This document shows, piece by piece, positions 58,672 to 64,000 of a stretch of DNA of 64,000 bases. Within the stretch, counting starts at the first letter, position 1. Each line of letters opens with the position of its first letter. Under the pieces are notes generated by a model. The model was not told where the DNA came from. It ran no database searches and was given only the letters and a program-made list of their open reading frames with translations. The position numbers were made by a program, and so were the translations under genes. The DNA is taken from NCBI GenBank assembly GCA_029974595.1, contig JARKRC010000063.1, positions 149,944 through 213,943 of the forward strand, given 5' to 3'. Source of the DNA: Ereboglobus sp. GTDB taxonomy: Bacteria; Verrucomicrobiota; Verrucomicrobiia; Opitutales; Opitutaceae.

Positions 58672-58729
58672 CGGGGGGATGTCTCGCGGTTTGCTTCGGA
58701 CGCGCGCGGGCGCTGACGGCGGGTTTGCG

Positions 58730-60559
58730 TCAGGTCGCGCTGCGGGCGGCGCGGTCGTGTTTGCGGCGTTCGATGGCGCTCAGGATTCTTTTGCGGAGAC
58801 GCAGGTTTTTTGGCGTCACCTCGACGTATTCGTCGGGCGCGATGTATTCGATGGCGCGTTCGAGCGAGAGTTTGATCGGGGGGGTGAGCTGGATGCCCTT
58901 GCCTTCGCCTTGGGAGCGGAAGTTGGTGAGTTGTTTCGCCTTTGTGGCGTTGACGGGGATGTCTTCCTGGCGCGGATTTTCGCCGATGAGCATGCCTTCG
59001 TAAACGTCTTCGCCGGGGCCGACAAAGAGGCGTCCGCGCTCCTGGATGGCGTCGAGGGCGTAGGCTGTCGTCGTGCCGGCTTCGGTGGCGACGAGCGTGC
59101 CCGTGAGGCGCGTGGTGAGTTCGCCCGCCCAGGGGCCGTATTCCTTGAAGAGGTGATTCATCGTGCCGCGTCCGCTGGTGGCGTTGACAAGATCAATTTC
59201 GAGGCCGATGAGGCCGCGCGTGGTGATCGTGGCCTCGATCAGCGTGAAATGCGGGTGCTTTTCCATGTTCGTGATCTGGCCTTTGCGGTTGGCGAGATTT
59301 TGCATGATGGAACCGACGCAATCCTCGGGCGTTTCGATCCAGACGGTTTCGTAGGGTTCGAGGCGCTGGCCGTTTTCGTGCTTTTCGATGACGGTGGGGC
59401 GCGAGACGAGCACTTCGTAACCTTCGCGGCGCATCGTCTCAACGAGGACGGCGATCTGCATGGCGCCGCGGGCCTTGATGTTGAAAACGCCGGCGGTGTC
59501 GGAGTCGCCGACTTGGATGGAGATGTTTGTCTTCGCCTCCTTGTAGAGGCGGTCGCGGATTTGGCGCGAGGTGACCATCCTGCCGTCGCGGCCCACGAGG
59601 GGGCCGTCGTTGACGGCAATCTGCATTTCGAGGGTGGGCGGATCAATGTCGGTGAAGGGCAGGGGATGGGCCTCTTCCATTTCGGCGAGCGTGTCGCCGA
59701 TGTCCACGTCCTCGAAGCCGGAGAGTCCGACGATGTCGCCCGCGGCGGCGGTGCTGGCGTCCTCGGTGCCGAGCCCGGCGTATTCGAAGAGTTTGGTGAT
59801 TTTGGCGCGGACGCGCTGCTTGTCCTTGTTGCGGATGACCCAGACGTTGTCGCCGACGTTGATTTTGCCGGCGAGGATTTTGCCGACGGCGATGCGGCCC
59901 ACGTAGTCGCTCCAGTCGATGTTGGAGACGAGCATCTGGAAAGGCTGGTTGGGGCGCGCGAAGGGAGGCGGAACGTGTTCGAGGATGACGTCGAAGAGGG
60001 GCGTCATGTCCTTGTCGGGGTCGGTGAGTTTGCGCTTCATGAAACCGTCGCGGCCGGAGCCGTAAACGACGGGGGCGTTGAACTGCTCTTCGTTGGCGTC
60101 GAGTTCGAGGAGGAGCTCCAGCACCTGGTCATACATTTTTTTCGGGTCGGCGTTTTCGCGGTCGATTTTGTTGATGACGATGACGACCTTGAGTCCGTGG
60201 TGGAGGGCCTTGCGGAGGACGAAACGGGTCTGGGCCTGGGTGCCCTCGTAGGCGTCAACGAGCAGGAGCACGCCATCGACCATGCGGAGGGCGCGCTCGA
60301 CCTCGCCGCCGAAATCGGCGTGGCCCGGGGTGTCGACGATGTTGATCGTCTTGCCCTGCCATTTGACGGCGGTGTTCTTGGCCTTGATGGTGATGCCTTT
60401 TTCCTTTTCGAGGTCCATCGAGTCCATGGCGCGCTCGGCGACCTGCTGGTTGGCTCGGAAGGTGCCACCGGCTTGGAGGAGTTTGTCAACCAGGGTCGTT
60501 TTGCCGTGGTCGACATGCGCGATGATCGCGATATTTCGGATGTTTTGATTCATTATCAA
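58730..60559 (-). CDS. typA: translational GTPase TypA/BipA
   Basis: [35 protein letters not shown], and a BipA C-terminal domain. Confidence 0.97.
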   Translation of the reverse strand: MIMNQNIRNIAIIAHVDHGKTTLVDKLLQAGGTFRANQQVAERAMDSMDLEKEKGITIKAKNTAVKWQGKTINIVDTPGHADFGGEVERALRMVDGVLLLVDAYEGTQAQTRFVLRKALHHGLKVVIVINKIDRENADPKKMYDQVLELLLELDANEEQFNAPVVYGSGRDGFMKRKLTDPDKDMTPLFDVILEHVPPPFARPNQPFQMLVSNIDWSDYVGRIAVGKILAGKINVGDNVWVIRNKDKQRVRAKITKLFEYAGLGTEDASTAAAGDIVGLSGFEDVDIGDTLAEMEEAHPLPFTDIDPPTLEMQIAVNDGPLVGRDGRMVTSRQIRDRLYKEAKTNISIQVGDSDTAGVFNIKARGAMQIAVLVETMRREGYEVLVSRPTVIEKHENGQRLEPYETVWIETPEDCVGSIMQNLANRKGQITNMEKHPHFTLIEATITTRGLIGLEIDLVNATSGRGTMNHLFKEYGPWAGELTTRLTGTLVATEAGTTTAYALDAIQERGRLFVGPGEDVYEGMLIGENPRQEDIPVNATKAKQLTNFRSQGEGKGIQLTPPIKLSLERAIEYIAPDEYVEVTPKNLRLRKRILSAIERRKHDRAARSAT

Positions 60560-60620
60560 TGGGCCTGTTTCAGTTGAAAAAGGGATTAAGGGTGCGCCGC
60601 GCAGAGGGCGGTTGCAAGAA

Positions 60621-60747
60621 GGAAGGATGTAGAGAGGAGTCAGGATGGGAGGATGTAGAGGAGTCAGGAGTTAGAGGAGTCAGGAGACGATCCTCGGAGC
60701 CGGAGTGCTTTTCTCCTGACTCCTTCCATCCTGACTCCTTTAACTCC
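60621..60747. repeat. hairpin repeat, family GGAGTCAGG (copy 1)
   Basis: GGAGTCAGG words on the left arm, CCTGACTCC words on the right arm, and a loop containing cggagccggagtgctttt. The second copy is at 62977-63080. Confidence 0.85.
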
Positions 60748-60833
60748 TTCTTTTTGGGCTTTCCACGCGCGCGCGTGGCCCGTGGCAAAGTTTGGCTTCC
60801 GTTTTTTTTGGCGATGTCCGAAGGTTTCCGCGC

Positions 60834-61775
60834 ATGGCATCACGCGAAACGACACAATTTTACAACCGATACACTAAGCAGCTCGAAACCGAGAAGATTT
60901 ACGGCGAGCGCTGGCTGCGGTTTGCGTATGAAAATCCGGTCGGGCGCTTCTTCCTGTGGGCGTTGGTGAAGCGAAAGGTCTTTTCATGGTATTACGGCTG
61001 GAAAATGAACTGGCGCAGCAGCTCGAAGCGCGTGCTCCCGTTCATCATCGAATACGGCATGGAGGACGCCGCGCAAAAGGAATTCACCAAGTCGATTTTC
61101 GATTACAGGACGTTCAACGAATTCTTCATGCGCGCGCTGAAATCCGAGGCACGGCCCATCGCGCCGGGCGATGACGTGGCGGTGTTCCCGGCCGACGGGC
61201 GGCACTTGGTTTTCCCGGATGTGGCCAAGGCCGGCGGCTTTTATGTCAAGGGGAGCAAGTTTGCGCTGGAGGATTTGCTGGGCGAGGGGCATTTGCCGGA
61301 GGAGCAGCGCGAGCTGTCGAAGACATTTGCGGGCGGCGCGATGATGATTTCACGGTTGTGTCCGGTGGATTATCACCGGTTTCATTTCGCGGCGGCGGGC
61401 AAGGCGGGTGCGGCGCGTCTGATCAAGGGCGCGCTGTATTCCGTGCACCCGATCGCGCTGCGCAGGCGCATCGAGTATCTCGTGCAAAACAAGCGCATGA
61501 TCACGCTGATCGAAACGGATGCCTTCGGCACGATGGCCAGCATCGAGATCGGCGCGACAAACGTCGGCTCGATCCTGCAAACCTATCCGGAGGATTTTCA
61601 GGTGAAGAAAGGCGAGGAAAAGGGCCTGTTCAAATTCGGCGGCTCATGCGTGGTCACGCTGTTCCAAAAGGACCGGATCACGTTCGACGATGACCTGGTC
61701 GCGCAGAGCGCGGCGTATGTGGAAACCTTCGCCAAAATGGGCGACCGCATGGGCGCGGCGTCGGGGCGTATTTGA
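60834..61775 (+). CDS. psd: phosphatidylserine decarboxylase family protein
   Basis: CPVDYHRFHF and FKFGGSCVV (Gly-Ser self-cleavage region). The start is uncertain (60792 or 60834). Confidence 0.82.
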   Translation: MASRETTQFYNRYTKQLETEKIYGERWLRFAYENPVGRFFLWALVKRKVFSWYYGWKMNWRSSSKRVLPFIIEYGMEDAAQKEFTKSIFDYRTFNEFFMRALKSEARPIAPGDDVAVFPADGRHLVFPDVAKAGGFYVKGSKFALEDLLGEGHLPEEQRELSKTFAGGAMMISRLCPVDYHRFHFAAAGKAGAARLIKGALYSVHPIALRRRIEYLVQNKRMITLIETDAFGTMASIEIGATNVGSILQTYPEDFQVKKGEEKGLFKFGGSCVVTLFQKDRITFDDDLVAQSAAYVETFAKMGDRMGAASGRI

Positions 61776-61776
61776 G

Positions 61777-61923
61777 ATTCACCACAAAGGCACGAAGAGC
61801 ACAAAGGTCGGAAGGAGACCGAAGGTAGAGATCAAAAGCCAACGTGTCTTTTTGTCCTCTGTCTCCCGATCTCTGATCTCTGCCTTTTCCGACCTTCGTG
61901 CTCTTCGTGCCTTTGTGGTGAAT
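61777..61923. repeat. long hairpin repeat, family TTCACCACAAAGGCAC (copy 2)
   Basis: attcaccacaaaggcacgaagagcacaaaggtcggaagg pairs almost perfectly with ccttttccgaccttcgtgctcttcgtgcctttgtggtgaat. Confidence 0.88.
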
Positions 61924-62972
61924 CAATCCGGGGCTTCGCAGTTGGGGCGGGCGATGACGCCGGGGTAGGGGGCGTCGGAGAAGAGGCGCGCGGGTTCCGC
62001 GAGGAGGTGTCGGTCGCAGACTTCAAAGAGCGCGGCGGCGGTCGTGGCGCGGCGCATGTCGCGGAGGAAGGCGGCGTCGGGATCGACGGACTGGCCGATG
62101 AAGTTGAGGAATTTCTTCATGCGGCTGATGTGCGCGTGCTCGGGAATCGGCTCGCCGGTGCCGGCGTCGGCTGCGGTGGCTTCGTAGAGGCGCTGGATGT
62201 AGTCGCGCACGTCGGCAAGCGTGACGGGCGTGACGGGCTGGCCGGAGAAATACTCGCGGCACTGGCGGAAAATCCACGGGTTGCGGATGGCGTGGCGGCC
62301 TATCATCACACCGGCGGCGCGGGTTTCGGCGACGACGGCGGAGGCTTTCGCCGCGGTGACAATGTTTCCATTGGCGAGGACGGGGCAGCGGACGCGCGCG
62401 ACGGCGCGGGCGATTTCGTCGTAGTGAACCTCGCTGCGGTAGAGTTCGCGCACGGTGCGTCCGTGGACGCTGAGCATGTCGATGCGGTGCGTGTTGATGA
62501 GGTCGAGTATTTCCTCGTAGTGCCGCGTGTCCTCGAAGCCGATGCGCATTTTCACCGTGAAAAGCCCGGGGACGGCGGCGCGGAGGGCGGCGAGGATTTC
62601 GCCGATTTTTTTCGGTTCGCGCAAAAGTCCGCCGCCGACGTTTTTCTTGTAAACCTTCGGCGCGGGACAGCCGAGGTTGAGGTCGATACCGGCGATGGGA
62701 TGGCGCAAAAGTTCCTCGACCGTTCGCATGAGGAGCGACACGTCCTCGCCGATGAGCTGGGCGAAAATGGGACGGCCCGTCGTGTTTTCGTCAATGGAAC
62801 GGAGGATGTGTTTTTCGGGGCGTGATTGCGCGTGGACGCGGAAGAATTCGGTGACGAAGTAATCGGGCGCGCCGCAGCGCGCGATGACGCGCATGAACGC
62901 GAGATCGGTGACGTCCTGCATCGGCGCGAGCGCGGTCAGCGGCTGGTTCGGCGTGATGGGCGCGGGAAGCAT
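61923..62972 (-). CDS. dus: tRNA-dihydrouridine synthase
   Basis: LAPMQDVTDLAFM and IDLNLGCPAPKV (catalytic Cys). FMN TIM-barrel family. Confidence 0.9.
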   Translation of the reverse strand: MLPAPITPNQPLTALAPMQDVTDLAFMRVIARCGAPDYFVTEFFRVHAQSRPEKHILRSIDENTTGRPIFAQLIGEDVSLLMRTVEELLRHPIAGIDLNLGCPAPKVYKKNVGGGLLREPKKIGEILAALRAAVPGLFTVKMRIGFEDTRHYEEILDLINTHRIDMLSVHGRTVRELYRSEVHYDEIARAVARVRCPVLANGNIVTAAKASAVVAETRAAGVMIGRHAIRNPWIFRQCREYFSGQPVTPVTLADVRDYIQRLYEATAADAGTGEPIPEHAHISRMKKFLNFIGQSVDPDAAFLRDMRRATTAAALFEVCDRHLLAEPARLFSDAPYPGVIARPNCEAPD

Positions 62973-62976
62973 GGAG

Positions 62977-63080
62977 GGAAAGGAGTCAGGATGGGAGGAG
63001 TCAGGAGTTAGAGGAGGCAGGCAGCGGAGCCGGAGTGCTTTTTACTGACTCCTGACTCCTTTACATCCTGACTCCTTTGC
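62977..63080. repeat. hairpin repeat, family GGAGTCAGG (copy 2)
   Basis: ggaaaggagtcaggatgggaggagtcaggagttagagg...cggagccggagtgcttttt...actgactcctgactcctttacatcctgactcc. Confidence 0.85.
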
Positions 63081-63085
63081 TTGTC

Positions 63086-64000
63086 TCACTCGGCGCGGGT
63101 GCAGGGGAGGAGGGCGGCGTCCTGCATGCCGTGGATGATTTTTTTGTCGGGCGGGCAGAAGGTGGCGAGCGCGCCGGCGAGCTTGGGTTTCCCTCCGGCG
63201 ATGAAATAGTAGGGGCAGAGGCGGAGGCGTCCGTCGGCTTCGACGGGTTGCTTGCCGGCGTTGTAGAGGGTGTGCCGGGCGCGGCGCGGTTTTTTGTATT
63301 CCTGAAGGATGTGGAGATTGCGCGGGGCGTCGGCGATGGCGTTGGCAATGCCGGCCTGCCATTCCTCGCGCGAGCAATCGCTGCCGAGGACGACGCTGCG
63401 CGCGCCCCAGGCGGTCTCGTGGTAGCCGGAGATTTTTATGATGAGTTCGCGTTCCTTTTGCGAGGCGGCGGCGAGCTGGCGCCAGTCGGAGAGGGCGCGG
63501 CCGGCGACGCGCGGGCCGTCGAGGATGGCGCCGGGCGGGAGGGGCGCGGGGTCGATGACCCAGGAATTGGGGATGAGTTGCTTGAGGAGTTTGTGCGCGC
63601 GGCTGCTGAGCGCCTCGGCCCAGTAGTCGGCGAGGAGGTGGTGATGGAAGAGCGCGAGGCCGAGTTTTTCCTCCTGAAAAGGGCGCATGGGCGGGGTGAT
63701 GACGACTTCGCCGGACTGCCATGCTTCGAGGATGAATTGGAAGGCGGGGATGTTGGCGAGGTCGAAGAGCTCGAAGAAGCGGTAGATGATGTCGATTTTT
63801 TCGGGATCGCCGTCGATGTCGAAGCAGAGGGTGCCGCCCAATGGAAAAATGTCCCCGGGAGCGAGGCAGACGACGCGTTTTCCGAGGCGTTGGAGTTGTT
63901 CGGTGAGCCAGCGCATTTCGGGGCGGTAGGTCGATGCCTCGTCGCTGACGACGAGGGCGATGAGCGGGTTGCGTTGATCGGTGCGGAGGGCGGCGAGCGC
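63086..64000 (-). CDS. hypothetical protein, possibly ATP-grasp/glutathionylspermidine-synthase-like (5' end outside the window)
   Basis: ORF 63086..63916. The same frame stays open to the window edge (…NPLIALVVSDEASTYRPEMRWL…), so the gene is N-terminally truncated here. The family assignment is only a guess from sequence flavour. Confidence 0.55.
   Translation of the reverse strand, partial: ALAALRTDQRNPLIALVVSDEASTYRPEMRWLTEQLQRLGKRVVCLAPGDIFPLGGTLCFDIDGDPEKIDIIYRFFELFDLANIPAFQFILEAWQSGEVVITPPMRPFQEEKLGLALFHHHLLADYWAEALSSRAHKLLKQLIPNSWVIDPAPLPPGAILDGPRVAGRALSDWRQLAAASQKERELIIKISGYHETAWGARSVVLGSDCSREEWQAGIANAIADAPRNLHILQEYKKPRRARHTLYNAGKQPVEADGRLRLCPYYFIAGGKPKLAGALATFCPPDKKIIHGMQDAALLPCTRAE

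Overview
High-GC (roughly 60-70% by eye) bacterial chromosomal segment. Sulfatase content and the intergenic repeat types suggest Verrucomicrobiota/Opitutales, but that is inference only. About 50 protein genes, one tRNA-Val, no rRNA, no CRISPR, and no integrase or transposase. Most of the window is housekeeping: acs, rho, lepA-lepB, rlmN, kup, def, hisA, scpB, pheA, a sigma54 response regulator with histidine kinase, infC, gcvTH, two corA, argC, mgtE, recN, fumC, recR-ybaB, typA, psd and dus. Three things stand out. (1) A ~10.4 kb accessory insert at 46.2-56.9 kb lies between fumC and recR. It carries one three-gene minus-strand operon: a DUF1156-type DNA methylase, a HEPN-DUF499 P-loop ATPase, and an SNF2 helicase with a C-terminal PD-ExK (DUF3883-like) module. 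This is an R-M-like defence triad with no classical restriction enzyme, and to my knowledge its mechanism is unresolved. It also shows an intra-operon 42-nt-arm palindrome, a sharp GC trough inside the methylase gene, a structured leader, and a ~220-nt palindrome at its border. (2) A small toxin-antitoxin islet with a frameshifted PIN gene sits next to tRNA-Val. (3) Long intergenic hairpin repeats are unusually dense, including a class whose arms are built from 7-nt words, and two two-copy families. The many long antisense ORFs in the six-frame track are high-GC shadow ORFs.
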